Assembly: GCA_002269645.1 (NCBI GenBank)
Contig: NIVC01001121.1
Location: 62,001-126,000, forward strand
Reading direction: 5' to 3'
Source of the DNA: Macrostomum lignano
Lineage: Eukaryota
Length of the DNA stretch: 64,000 nucleotides
Both the position numbers and the translations under genes were made by a program. Under the pieces are notes generated by a model. That model did not search any database and had not been told where the DNA came from. It saw only the letters and a list, made by a program, of their open reading frames with translations. Of this stretch, positions 1 to 12,095 are shown one piece after another. Every line of letters begins with the position of its first letter. Position 1 is the first letter of the stretch.

Positions 1-2713
1 TCAATAGTCACTTTGTCATCTGCCATTTTGTCATCTGGGGTGTCTGGGGTGCTCACCTCGACTAGGGCCACTTCGTCATATTAATTAGCATGCACTATCT
101 CAAGAGAGTCATTTTGTCATCTACCAATCATATTAGTTTATACTTCCAAGTTAATTAATATGGCAATTAAACATATTTACTTGGAATCCTAATGTCATAG
201 TGATGATCCTGACAATCATTTGCCTTTGGTTTCCTACTCTAAGTTATTTAAACCTGGACCAATAGGCCACCTATAACACGTTGGCCACCCATCTAACAGT
301 CAACCATTCACCAAGCTTTCCCCCATTAGCACTTCGGCAATATCCTCTATTGGATAACACACTACTACCCTAGGCCTATATAGAACTCTGTGAACTCTTG
401 CGAGAACTCTGTGAGCTTGTTGTTGGACTCTAAAAAGTTCAAAAAGGGGTTTAAATAATTTAGAGCAGGAAACTGAAGGATTGCCATGATCCCAATCATT
501 TTGTCATCTCAGATTCTCAATTGATAGAACCTGTCAATCAATTGGTTGTGCTTGCCATAGCTTATATTTAATGAAAACAAAAATAGTTTATACTAATTCA
601 AATCTCACACAGATTGATTGGTTGATAATGACAAAATATCTAATATAGAGGGCCTAATTAAATATTTGGTCACTTTGTCATTTTTTTAATTCATCAACTA
701 GTAAATTTGACAGCACTGTATAGTATATGGACTATGTGCAGCTGTTTCAATGGATAGACAGATAAAATAGATTTATAAAACCAATAAATAGAGCCATGTC
801 ATTGTAATACTGGTTTTTAGGCATAGGACCTGCCTTTTACTATTGCCAGATTAGCAAATCTCTATCACTAGAATGTCTTTTTGATGGATTGACTGGAAAA
901 AAGAGACAATAGCGCATACCACCCAGCAGTCTACCATGTACAAACATGATAAAATATGAGATACAATAAAATTAAAAAAACAATTAAACCAAGAATCTTC
1001 CATGTCAACAACCAGCAATTCAAGTACTAATTAGGAAAGGTTGACAAGTTTACCTGGATCCTTTGCTTCAGGTCACTTTGTCATCCAATATGACAAAATG
1101 GAATATGACAATCTGACCAGTGACCCCTATTTACATTCTATCTTAATCTTGGTTTTAAAATTTGAAATATCAAAAAAGTCAAGATTTGCAATTACCAACA
1201 CCCAAGAAGGTATAAATTATAGCAAAAAATTCCAGCATATATAAACAAAAATGTGCACAAAGTGGCATATAAGGTGCACAACAAAAGCCTAGCAGAAATT
1301 TCTAATGCATAGTAGTAGATAGCAAAAGCTAATCAAAAAGATTTAGCTTAGTCAGCTCACAACAGGTCACCTAAAATGTATAATCTATATATATAGTATT
1401 CCCTACATGAAATATATGTTTTTAGACATATTTTTTCAAGGCATAATTGAATGATCTGTCAATTAGATAATTTTTTATAAAATAACATTACCATGTCATA
1501 AAGTTTTAGCCACTATATTTTGATAATTTTCAATATGAGCAAAAATATAGCATGGAGTTTTAAATTTTAAAAAGGTTTTAAAAAGCAACAAAAATTGATC
1601 TGTTATTTTAAACTTTGAGTTAATCCAAATTTTACTAGATTTTTTAGTATTATTGTCTGGGTTATTTGTGCAAATGGGTGCAAATAGCATCCTGGTCTTA
1701 AAAATCGCACCCTGAAATTTGACTCAGGGTGCGAAAAGTGCACCAGAATTTTTTGCAAGGATGTGATGCGGATTTCACAATTTTATGGACATCAAATAGT
1801 GTTATGTTAGACCAGTTTTTGTCTGCAGCAGTGCAGCGCATCCTGGTCTTGAAAATTACACCCTGAAATCTAGCACAGGGTACGAAATTGCACCCAAGTT
1901 ATGGACAAAAAAACCCAGATTATTGTGCACTAGTGCTTTGCACTATGCATAGGCCTACACTTATATGTCAATGAATGATAAGAATTAGTTCCCTTAAAAT
2001 ACAAATTTGTATTTTAGCTTTGCATGTATACTATATAATATACAGCATACTGCACTATATGCTAAAATATATTCTCAACATATACTGTATGTGACACTTT
2101 CTTGAATGTAGGCAATTATATGACTATTTGTAACTAGATAATATTACATAGTTATGGAAATCTTCTGGTTTGTTTCCTGATATGTTTAAATTGGTGTTTT
2201 AATATAGTGCCATGATAGAAAACAATGTCTATGCCCAATAAGTATAAGAAATAGTATTAGAAAATTCTCTAGCCTCTGGCTCTTATCTATTATTCTATCA
2301 TTCTATGCTCTATCTTACCATCTATCACTATATTTATTGCCTTATTTATTGCTTGATCTACCATCATAGCTACTGTTCAGTGCTCTATTTACTTCTCTAT
2401 AAACTGCTTTATCTAGTGCTCAAAAGCATTGTGTTGTGGCACTGATTCAAACTTGAAAATAGAATCACAAAACAAACTACTCATAGAAGCTTGTCAATAT
2501 TCCAATATTATCATACCTACATTTGATATTAACTTTTTTGATGTTTTATTATTATATACAAATCAAATCAAGCCTTGTTTAAGCATTTTGATCATAGTTG
2601 AAAACCTTTAATTATGTTATATTTCATAGATGCACTAGCTTAGAGGTTTAATAGCTGCAGTTGTAGGATAGTAACAGTAGCAAACAGTTAGAACTTGCAG
2701 CATTTAAATCCAA

Positions 2714-3406
2714 TAGTGATGGATCGAAATTATTTTTCAAATCAAAATCGAAATCGAAATTTTCGGTTCCTTAGAATTGAAATTGAAATTGAAATAAAAA
2801 TCGAAATTGAAATTTTTGAGCTTAACAAATTTTTACTTTTTCGCTAATCATGCAAAAAGGTTAACACCTTGCCTCTGCATGTATGAGCTTACATGTTTTA
2901 TAAAAAGTATCTTTGATATGTTTAAACCATAATACTTAAGATTTAACTTACTTTAAAAATACGAAATAGAAAATGCTAGTGTATTATGTATTATACACTC
3001 GTACATAGAAATATAGTAGAAGTTGTATTATACTTATATCCATTTCATAAGTCTTTAGCCAATTAAAATCGACGCCAATGAGTTTAGCCAGTGGGCTTGT
3101 GGAGGTTGAGGTGGGTGCAGCACAAGGCCTGGAACAGTGTGTGCCCCACACAATCTTTCTTGTAGAAAAGGCGATTCTCACCTCCCCACTGAGTCTTTGA
3201 ACCACACTTCCTTTCACTTCCTATAGATTTTCTTTCTCGTGTAGCATGATCATCAATGTCTAAATTGTTAAAATATAACCAAAATTTTGAAATGATTTTC
3301 GATGAATGGTGTTGAAATTCGAAATTGAAATCGAAATTATTTCGATGCAAAATTAGTTTCGAAATTCGGAATATCGAAATCGAAATCGAATTTCGATCCA
3401 TCACTA
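2714..3406. mobile_element. hAT-type MITE (693 bp)
   Basis: TIR TAGTGATGGATCGAAAT / ATTTCGATCCATCACTA, subterminal ATCGAA repeats, 8-bp flanks AAATCCAA / AAATCCAG (7/8 match), no ORF. Confidence 0.82.
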
Positions 3407-3759
3407 AAATCCAGACTGGCACCTGTAGATTTAGTTTATCAGGAGACTATCTAAGATCAGAAGAATAGATTGGACAAATTCCTCTAGGACAGGGATTGGT
3501 TTACTTTTGACTGCGGGTCTTTTGAAACTTCACAATAGCAATTTGGCCTGTTAAAGGTTGGTGTCTCTTTCAGCTATCCCCCTCTCTGGCCCTTGAAGTA
3601 GAAAAGTTTGTAAACTCCTGCTCTAAGTCTGGAGGTTTGTAGTGCCCTTGTTTGGTGTCCAATATGCAATTGGGTCACACTTGGCAACATACCAGCTTCT
3701 GGGGCTCACACGCTCCAAGTGCCCCATTTACCAGCTCCCTGCACGGGTCAGTCGGTCAG

Positions 3760-3908
3760 ATCACACAGGAGTGTACAGAGGCCCAACGTTAGGCATGTAC
3801 ACTTCACTGTGCCTTGGGGATTTGACCTTTAAGGGCGTTAATTGCACGAGCAGAGCCAAGCTAAGCAGATTCCAAATTAATGTGACTGCACTAGACCACT
3901 GGGCTACC
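3760..3908 (-). mobile_element. SINE copy, partial
   Basis: Shares CACACAGGAGTGTACAG and TTAATTGCACGAGCAGAGCCAAGCT with 27920-28020; the B-box region is missing. Confidence 0.65.
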
Positions 3909-3959
3909 CCCAACCCCACCCTAAGTTGAATATTTCACCCACCAACACTCAAATGACAG

Positions 3960-6900
3960 GCAAAAACGCCACAGGAGCGACTGGCCTACCTGTGCCTGAT
4001 CGACTCCATAGTGAAACAGTTGCCGCAGTCGCCATACGCTAAGCTATTCAGCGTTGGCATCGCCTCGGCATTCGTGGCTGCCCTGGTCGCCACAGACTCT
4101 GACGAGGCCAGACAGCAAATGTTCGAAATTCGCCGAGCTTGGATTGGCGTATTTCCCGACTCGGTGATGCGAGAGCTGGACTTGGCTGTCCGAGCTATCG
4201 ACCCCGGCTGGCCGGTGCTGGCCGACTTCTCCGGCGGCTCGGCGTCTGTAACTACAAATAGAGCTGCCAGACTGGGCGCTGGTCAACTGGGAGGCGGCGG
4301 AGGTCGACCCGACGATGTCGATATGCGTAGCAGCTGGCGGCAGTACCGACAGAGGGAGCGACAGCTTCCCACTGTGAGTTGCTGTGTCTGCTTGTTGAGA
4401 CCCAGTATTGTGCCTGAACTACAGCATATAGACTCAGTATAGGACCTGAACTACAGCATACAGACCCACTATAGGACCTGAACTACAGCATACAGACTCA
4501 GTATAGGACCTAAACTACAGCATACAGACTCAGTATAGGACCTGAACTACAGCATAAAGACTCAGTATAGGACCTGAACTACAGCATACAGACTCAGTAT
4601 AGGACCTAAACTACAGCATACAGACTCAGTAAAGGACCTGAACTACAGCATACAGACTCAGTATAGGACCTGAACTACAGCATACAGACTCAGTATAGGA
4701 CCTGAACTACCAGTTTAGATTCTATAGAAGACCTGTGAACTGCGTCAAGAACCCAGTAGATCACCGATTGAAGATTCACTAGCGACCTTTATTGTCACTG
4801 TCAATGCACCCTTTTTAAATTTAAACACTCAGGCTCCACAGCAGCCGCCGCGGTCGTTGCAGCCTCTGCCTCATCCGGCCGGCGGCAGCCTCGACCAGCA
4901 GCAGGCCGCCATCGAGGCCCTCCTACGCCGGGTCAAACCCGAATCACTGGGCAGTGAGGCTCGTCATCAACTACTTGGCTGCGTACGAGAGCTGCACAGA
5001 CTGTCCGAGCCCGACAGCTCCGGCCGCAGGCTGGCCGAGAGCTTGGCTGCCACTCTGCAAGGCGGCTCGCGACACGACAACCTGGAAGGTGCGTGTAGTG
5101 TAAAATAATCCCTGATGGGGAAAACTTCTTAATTTACATTATGAAATTGAAATCCCAATATTCGATGTAAATTTGAAATCCCAAATATTCGATATGAATT
5201 TGAAATTCCAAATATTCGATATGAATTTGAAATCCCAATTATTCGATATGAATTTGAAATTCCAATTATTCGATATGATTTTGAAATCCCAATATCAGAT
5301 ATGAATTAGAAATCTCATTATCGCTTGTAGTTCCAGCCGAGCAGATTCCTGAGCAGGTGGACTCGGCGCTTGAGCAATTGCTCAGCGGCATGACCCCTGC
5401 CGTTCCGCCAGCGCCTGCGCCACAGCCGCCGCCGCCGCCCTCGCAACAAGCTCCTTTGCCAACAACAGCAACTCCGTTTTCAAGCAGTTTATCAACGTCG
5501 ACGATTCCTCCGGTTGGCGTTACGGCGGCGTTGGAAGCGACGCCAAACTTCTCTCAGATTGGCTGCGATCCGCGTCTGCTGGCGCCGATCAAGGACTCCA
5601 GATCCGAAGCGCAGCGCGACATTCTGGTGAGCTTGGGTGGCAGCTTTTTTGTCCGCCTTTCCCCATCCTGATTGTCTCAAATCCCACCCTGAATATCCCA
5701 AATCCCCACCTTGAATATCCCAAATCCCTCCCTAAATATCCCAAATCCCCACCTTAAAAATTCCAAATCCTCACCTTGAATATCCCAAATCCCTCCCTAA
5801 ATATCCCAAATCCCTCCCTTAATATCCCGATTCCCCACCTTGAATATCCTAAATCCCCACATTGAATATCGCAAATCCCTCCCTGAAATTCCCAAATCCC
5901 TCCCTAAATATCCCAAATCCCCACATTGAATATCCCAAATCCCTCCCTAAATATCCCAAATCCCCACATTGAATATCCCAAATTCCTCCCTTAAATATCC
6001 CAAATCCCTGTCCTGACCACAATAAACCCCATTCCCCACAAATCTTCAAATCTGCTTTTTCTAATCTAGCATTCCAATTGTCATCTCTCGCAGGTGGACG
6101 GCGAGATCAGGCGGTTGGCTCTGGACCGGGTGCAGCCTCTCCTAGTTGACAAAGGCGAATCGCGCGTCATCCGGTTCCGTTTCCCCCAGGGCGCGGCGGT
6201 TTTCCTAGAATGGGAGGGCGGCCCGGACCCCGTCCGCTTGCGCATTGGCGACTTCACCAAAGTGCTGTTCGGCAGGCGGCCGTTTATTGTCTGCCTGGGC
6301 GGCCCGGGACACGAGCTCATTATTCACGGCAAGCCGTTCAATGTGCCCTTTAACGAGCCTAAACTGGTGCCTATCAGGGCTGGCTTCTTTCGCGCTGTTT
6401 ATCAGGTGAGAGAGAGAGAGAGAGAGGCTAGGGTAACACACAGCCTCAGTTTCAACTTCATCAGTCTGCATGCATCAGTTACATCAAATTACAGACCTTA
6501 CAACTGCCAAATGTTGACGTAGGAGAAATCATAAACATTTATTGTCAACCTTTATTCTCTCTTAATTTGAAGGACCCTAAACATTTCCGGTTCCGGACCC
6601 TAAGTCCTTCAGTTTCCCATCAGCGACTTTCGTTCCTGCAGTTTCTCATTAGCCACTCCCGGTCCTGCAGTTTCTCACTGGACCGGAACCACTTCCGGTC
6701 TTTCCGTTTCTCATTGGGCACTTCCAGTCCTTCAGTTTATTTTTAGCCACTTCCTGTCCTTTATTTTCTCTCTTAGCCACTTCCGGTCCTTCATTTTCTC
6801 ATTAGCCACTTTCGGTCTATCAGTTTTTCATAGCTACTTCTAGTCTTTCAGTTTCTCATTGGCCACTTCCGGTCCTTTAGTTTCTCTCTCAGCCACTTCC

Positions 6901-9344
6901 GGTCCTTCAATTTCTCATTAGCCACTTCCGGTCCTTCAGTTTTCCATAGCTACTTCTGGTCCTTCAGTTTCTCATAAGCTACTCCCGGTCCTTTAGTTTC
7001 TCATTGGCCACTTCCGGTCCTTCAGTTTCTCTCTTAGCCACTTCCGGTCCTTCATTTTATCTCTTAACCACTTCGGGTCCTTCCGTTTCTCATTAGCTAC
7101 TTCCAGTCCTTCAGTTTCTCATAGCTACTTCCAGTCCTTCAGTTTCTCATAGCTACTTCCGGTCCTTCAGTTTCTCATTGGCTACTTCCGGTCCTTCAAT
7201 TTCTCATTAGCCACTTCCGGTCCTTCAGTTTCTCATTGGCCACTTCCGGTACTTCAGTTTCTCTCTTAGCCACTTCCGGTCCTTCAGTTTCTCTCTTAGC
7301 CACTTCCGGTCCTTCATTTTATCTCTTAACCACTTCGGGTCCTTCCGTTTCTCATTAGCTACTTCCAGTCCTTCAGTTTCTCATAGCTACTTCCGGTCCT
7401 TCATTTTCTCATAGCTACTTCCGGTCCTTCAGTTTTTCATAGCTACTTCCGGTCCTACAGTTTTGCAACTACCAGTCGGCATACATCAGTGAAAGTACAG
7501 AACTCGAAACTGCCAAATTTTCACGTGCGAGAAATGATAGCCGTTGATTGTTATCTTAGAAAACACACTTGTCCCTTCCGCGTCAACTCCTTAGGTCCGT
7601 CTCCAGGCCGTAATTCTGCCCGGCGGCCTGCCTGTGACGCCCGCCCTTGATGTCGGGCCGCCCGTTCCCGCCCAGTGGCTGCAGTGGGCCCAAACCGGCG
7701 CATTTGGCGCCGTCAACCAGCTGCACAAGCCGCCGCTGAACCCCATGCGACCTCCTGGCGGCTCATCCGGAGGTCGAGCGCCCGGCTTTTTCAATTCGCA
7801 GAATCCCTACAATTCTCGGCTGCCTCCGCCGCCGCCGTCGATGCCGCCGCTAGCAACTACGCAACAGCAGCAGCTCCAGCATCCTTCAACAACATCCGCC
7901 TCTCGTTCTCAGCCTCCCGACGTGCTAAAAATGCTGGATAGTCTCGTTAAAGCTGGCCTCGTCAACAGCGCTAACCGTTTGAAAAAGTCCGCATCTTCGG
8001 AAGTTGGCGCCGTTGGAGAGAAACGGCGAACAGATGGATCAGCGGATGGATGCGAGACTAAGCGGGGTCGGCTGGCTGCCGGTGGAGATAACAGGTGAGA
8101 GCTTTTTGTGAGCGTCTCAATGCCGGCTGAAGTTCCCATAATCACTTCCGGCCATTTAGTCTTTCATCAGCCACTTCCGGTCCTTTCGTTTTTCGTTGCT
8201 ACTTTCAGTCCTTGGGTTTCTCACCTAAACACTTCCGGCTCTTCAGTTTCACTCTTAGTCACTTTTGGTCCTTCAGTTTCTCTCTTAACCAATTCCGGTC
8301 CTTCGGTTTCTCTATTAACTACTTCCGGTCCTTCAGTTTCTCCATTAACCACTTCCGGTCCTTCAGTTTCACTCTTAAATACTTCCGGTCCTTCAGTTTC
8401 ACTCTTAACCACTTCCGGTCCTTCAGTTTCTCACACTCATTCCTCTCATTTATCTCCCCTAGCTCTTGGATCCTTTCACTTCCGGTCGAATAATTAATTC
8501 TGTTCAAAAATACTTATCGCATCCACACCATAGCGCCGACGAAGACCCGGAATTCGACAAGCCGAGCGGCCCCGAGGACCCGTCAGCCCCGTCGGGAATC
8601 GACTACGACTCGGATGTCGATCTGCCCGTCGACCTGACCGACCTAGTCGAAGAGAAACTTGAGCAGCGCCTGCCCGCTGTCACCTACCGCCTGGTTGGCG
8701 GCTTCCAGTGCCCACAGTGCACTCTGCGGTTCACCCGCGGGCCCGAGTCGGCCTCCTTTCGCCGCCACATGGACGAGCACTATCGACGCCGGGTGCTCCA
8801 GCGTCACAATCCGCCGGCAAAGTGCCGCGCCTGGTATCCGCACTGGAGCCAGCTGGTTAAACCAGCCGATGAATTCTCGACAGCCAGCGTCGCGGACTTC
8901 GATGCCGATTTTAGTGGAGGTCCCGCAACAGCCGCCGTCGCCGCCGCCACAGCCGCTGCCACGGACGGCATCGCTGGATTTTCTAGCGGTTTCTCAACGT
9001 CTGAACCCGATCCTGGCAGTGCGGCAGCCGCGGCCTCGGCTTCGTCAACGGCGGCGGCAGCGGCGGCAGCTGTCGCTAGTGGAGTCCCCGCCCGGTCCAA
9101 TCCGGAGTTGAACGTCTGCGGCGTCTGCTACGAACAGTTCGACACTCGCTGGGACGACGACACTGAGGACTGGCTGCTGCGGGACTGCGTGGAGCTGGGC
9201 GGCGGGATCTACCATCCGGTCTGTGCGGAGGATGCCGGCAAAGCGACGTCCGGCAGCGACCAGCCCGGCGACACGGCGGCGTCTTCAACGTCGGCTACAG
9301 CGGCTTTGCTGTCCATACTGAAGGAGGCGGTGGGGTTGCAGTGA
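3960..9344 (+). CDS. PCF11: Pre-mRNA cleavage complex II protein Pcf11 (5'-partial; exons 3960-4373, 4833-5088, 5331-5626, 6094-6405, 7595-8094, 8534-9344)
   Basis: CID motif LAYLCLIDSIVK in the first visible exon. C-terminal zinc fingers CPQCTLRF..HMDEH..KCRAWY and CGVCYEQF..WDDDTEDW..C..IYHPVC. All junctions are GT-AG with consistent phases (0,1,0,0,2). The N-terminal half of the CID is not seen in the window. An alternative in-frame acceptor exists at 7607. Confidence 0.92.
4419..4710. repeat. 32-bp minisatellite (PCF11 intron)
   Basis: About 9 copies of GGACCTGAACTACAGCATACAGACTCAGTATA. Confidence 0.92.
5143..5310. repeat. ~27-bp minisatellite (PCF11 intron)
   Basis: TGAATTTGAAATCCCAAATATTCGATA units. 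Confidence 0.85.
5685..6040. repeat. ~22-bp minisatellite (PCF11 intron)
   Basis: AATATCCCAAATCCCTCCCTAA-type units. Confidence 0.88.
6585..7460. repeat. ~29-31-bp minisatellite (PCF11 intron)
   Basis: CACTTCCGGTCCTTCAGTTTCTCATTAGC units. Confidence 0.92.
8145..8485. repeat. ~30-bp minisatellite of the same family (PCF11 intron)
   Basis: CACTTCCGGTCCTTCAGTTTC core. Confidence 0.88.
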
Positions 9345-9469
9345 TTGGGAGGCATTTGTGTACATTGTGTAAATGCAGCCGATCTCTGATTTGCCAGTGT
9401 TGTCTGACAGCTGAACATTTATCTCTTTGTCTTAGTTGGCCTCAAGCACTCGTGTTCTTAAATTTCCTT

Positions 9470-9960
9470 GAAGTACTTCCGGTTCTTACATTTCCTTCAA
9501 ATACTTCCGGTCCTTAAATCTTCTTTAAGTACTTCCGGTCTCCCAATTTCCTTGAAGTGCCTATACTCTTTAAATTTCTCACAAGTACTTCCGGTCCGTA
9601 AATTTCCCAGAAGAACTTCCTGTCCGTAAATTTTCCTGAGGAACTTCCTATCCTTAAATTTCCCTGAAGAACTTCCTGTCCTTAAATTTCCCTGAACAAC
9701 TTCCTGTCCTTAAATTTCCCTGAAGTACTTCCTGTCCTTAAAGTTCCCTGAAGAACTTCCTGTCCTTAAATTTCCCTGAAGTACTTCCTGTCCTTAAATT
9801 TCCCTAAAGAACTCCCTGTCCTTAAATTTCCCTGAAGTACTTCCTGTCCTTAAATTTCCCTGAAGAACTCCCTGTCCTTAAATTTCCCTGAAGTACTTCC
9901 TGTCCTTAAATTTCCCTGAAGAACTCCCTGTCCTTAAATTTGCCAGAACTTCCTGTCCTT
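9470..9960. repeat. 28-bp minisatellite downstream of PCF11
   Basis: GAAGAACTTCCTGTCCTTAAATTTCCCT units. Confidence 0.9.
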
Positions 9961-10388
9961 TAATTCCCTCTCAAAGCATTTCGAATTCATTAGCTAACCC
10001 CTTGACTACTGGACAGTGTAGGTTAAAGCCTCGGTCAAGCCTAAACTGTTCAATATGCGCAAGCATGTTTCTATCAAGTGTAATTGAATACATATTTGCA
10101 ATACGCACTGTTTCCAACTGTTAGCCCTGTATATTTATTTACCGTGCGCTACTGTTTCTACTATGATAGCTAAATGCAAGCATGTCAAGCTTTTAGTCAT
10201 TTTTCCTTAAGTCTCGTCTAAAAGTGTCGCATGTTTGCCAGAGCCGACCTACCTACCTATTTGAACTGTTGCCAATGCAAATATGCGACTCAGTTCTCAA
10301 GCGGCAGTGGATCGATACCCTGATAGAAGCAGCTGTAGGCGATAAAATGCTCCTTCTTGAGTCCTTGCGAACGTTATTTGGAACTATC

Positions 10389-12095
10389 ATGAGCTCGCGC
10401 TGCCTGCTAGTGCCTCGGTTAGCCCGCGAAGCCATCGACCAGAGCACTGCTCACGGCATCAACCGGGTGGCTTCGCTTCATCGCCGCGACTCAAAGCTTC
10501 GAGCATTCTGGCTTCTCAGCTTCCTGAGCTGCTCAGTCTTATTAGTCTACACGTCAAGGACTTACATCTATCGGTTGAGGAGCCCCGGCATAGCCACGGA
10601 GCTCAATGCCACTGATGCAGAGTTCGAGTTCCCCGATCTGTACTTCTGCAACACCCTGCAGGTGGCTGGCTCCTACTCGGCCTTGTTGAACAGCTCGGAG
10701 TGGCATCGACTGATGAAGCCGCTGATTTCTGCATATCGACTGTACAATACCACTGTGGCCGGAGCTGCAAACTGGACAGCTGAGGAGCTGTACGACCTGC
10801 AAAGATCCCATCTGCTTGGAACTCTCCAGTCTATGCCTTACAGCCTGCTGGCTGACCTTGTCGGCCAGAGGAGGAACCAGACGTTCTTCAGAAACTACGG
10901 CGTGTTCAGCGCCGGCTCGGAGCAATCTCTGGACTCGCCAGTAGAAATTGAAACGCTGCACCATCCGGAGCACCTGAAGTGTTTCAAGGTGGCTCTCACC
11001 GAGTCCGAACGAAGTCGAATGCGAAACATCAACAATAGGCTGCGGTTCGACATTTGGCTGGATCCCTACTACAGCGTAATGAAAAGCGTGGGTTTGTACT
11101 CCAGTTATTTTCTACCATGGTGGCAGTTCGAAAATCGTCTCTTTTACCCATACGATTGGGATTTAAGCAATCCGCACGAAATTGACAGGGGCAGCGGTAT
11201 GCTGCTCTACCTGGTGCCCAGAGGTCACTACCCGTCTAGATTAACCACCAACGTGGTCAGCCTGGGTCCCGGCAGAGCCTACGACATCTCCGTAGAGATG
11301 AGCGACTCTCAACTGAAACCGGCCGACTTTCCCGACGAATGCCTGGATGCCCCGCCGGATCAGGCGCTGTTCTTTGATCCGCACACGGGAGCGGCGGACG
11401 CCTTCGGCTACAGCGAGGCCGTCTGCTTCTACACCGAGATGGCTAGGGAGGCCCTTGCGCGATACAACTGCAGTCCTTGGCCCCAGCCACTGCCGTGGAG
11501 GCTGCGAGACCTGGCACTTTGCCTGAACCTCACCGCCGTCACCAGTGGCAGTCCGCAGTCTCAGGAGTTGAACATGCGAGCCTACCTTGCCGCAAGCCGG
11601 TCAGAGAGTCCACTGTCAGACAACTGGGAACGGTTGTGCATGCGCAGCAAGCTCTGTCGGCAGAGGCAATACAGAGTGACGTCATCGTTTGGCAATTGGC
11701 CAAATTCGGTCAGCGAGGTGCGCTTCCTGTCGAATCTTCTGCCATTCGCGTTGAAAAACAAAAGCTTGGACGATTACAGATCTATTGAGGCTGCAATGAG
11801 GGCGCTTCAATTTATTCAGGGAGATACGAGTATTGATGACTTGATTAGCTTTGAAGACAAAGTGCACGCCTATTTTCGGAGAGCACTCTTGTCAGTGACC
11901 ATCAGGGCTGAGTCATCGGTTAGTCAGCTGATCACCTTCAGTTTGGACTACAGTCTAGGCCAGTTCGTTGCCGACCTTGGCGGCTCTCTGGGCTTGCACC
12001 TGGGCTGCTCTGTGCTCACCTTGCTGGAGCTGTTCGAGCTGCTGCACCAGCTGCTGGTAGTAGTTGCGTGGAAACATTGTAGAATGCGTTCTTAG
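10389..12095 (+). CDS. DEG/ENaC/ASIC-family sodium channel subunit, intronless ORF
   Basis: Pre-TM1 HG motif (STAHGINR), TM1 (AFWLLSFLSCSVLLVY), FPDLYFCN, Cys-bearing ectodomain, TM2 FVADLGGSLGLHLGCSVLTLLELFE with GCS filter. The ORF is open from 10224; ATG 10389 is the likely start. Confidence 0.93.
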   Translation: MSSRCLLVPRLAREAIDQSTAHGINRVASLHRRDSKLRAFWLLSFLSCSVLLVYTSRTYIYRLRSPGIATELNATDAEFEFPDLYFCNTLQVAGSYSALLNSSEWHRLMKPLISAYRLYNTTVAGAANWTAEELYDLQRSHLLGTLQSMPYSLLADLVGQRRNQTFFRNYGVFSAGSEQSLDSPVEIETLHHPEHLKCFKVALTESERSRMRNINNRLRFDIWLDPYYSVMKSVGLYSSYFLPWWQFENRLFYPYDWDLSNPHEIDRGSGMLLYLVPRGHYPSRLTTNVVSLGPGRAYDISVEMSDSQLKPADFPDECLDAPPDQALFFDPHTGAADAFGYSEAVCFYTEMAREALARYNCSPWPQPLPWRLRDLALCLNLTAVTSGSPQSQELNMRAYLAASRSESPLSDNWERLCMRSKLCRQRQYRVTSSFGNWPNSVSEVRFLSNLLPFALKNKSLDDYRSIEAAMRALQFIQGDTSIDDLISFEDKVHAYFRRALLSVTIRAESSVSQLITFSLDYSLGQFVADLGGSLGLHLGCSVLTLLELFELLHQLLVVVAWKHCRMRS

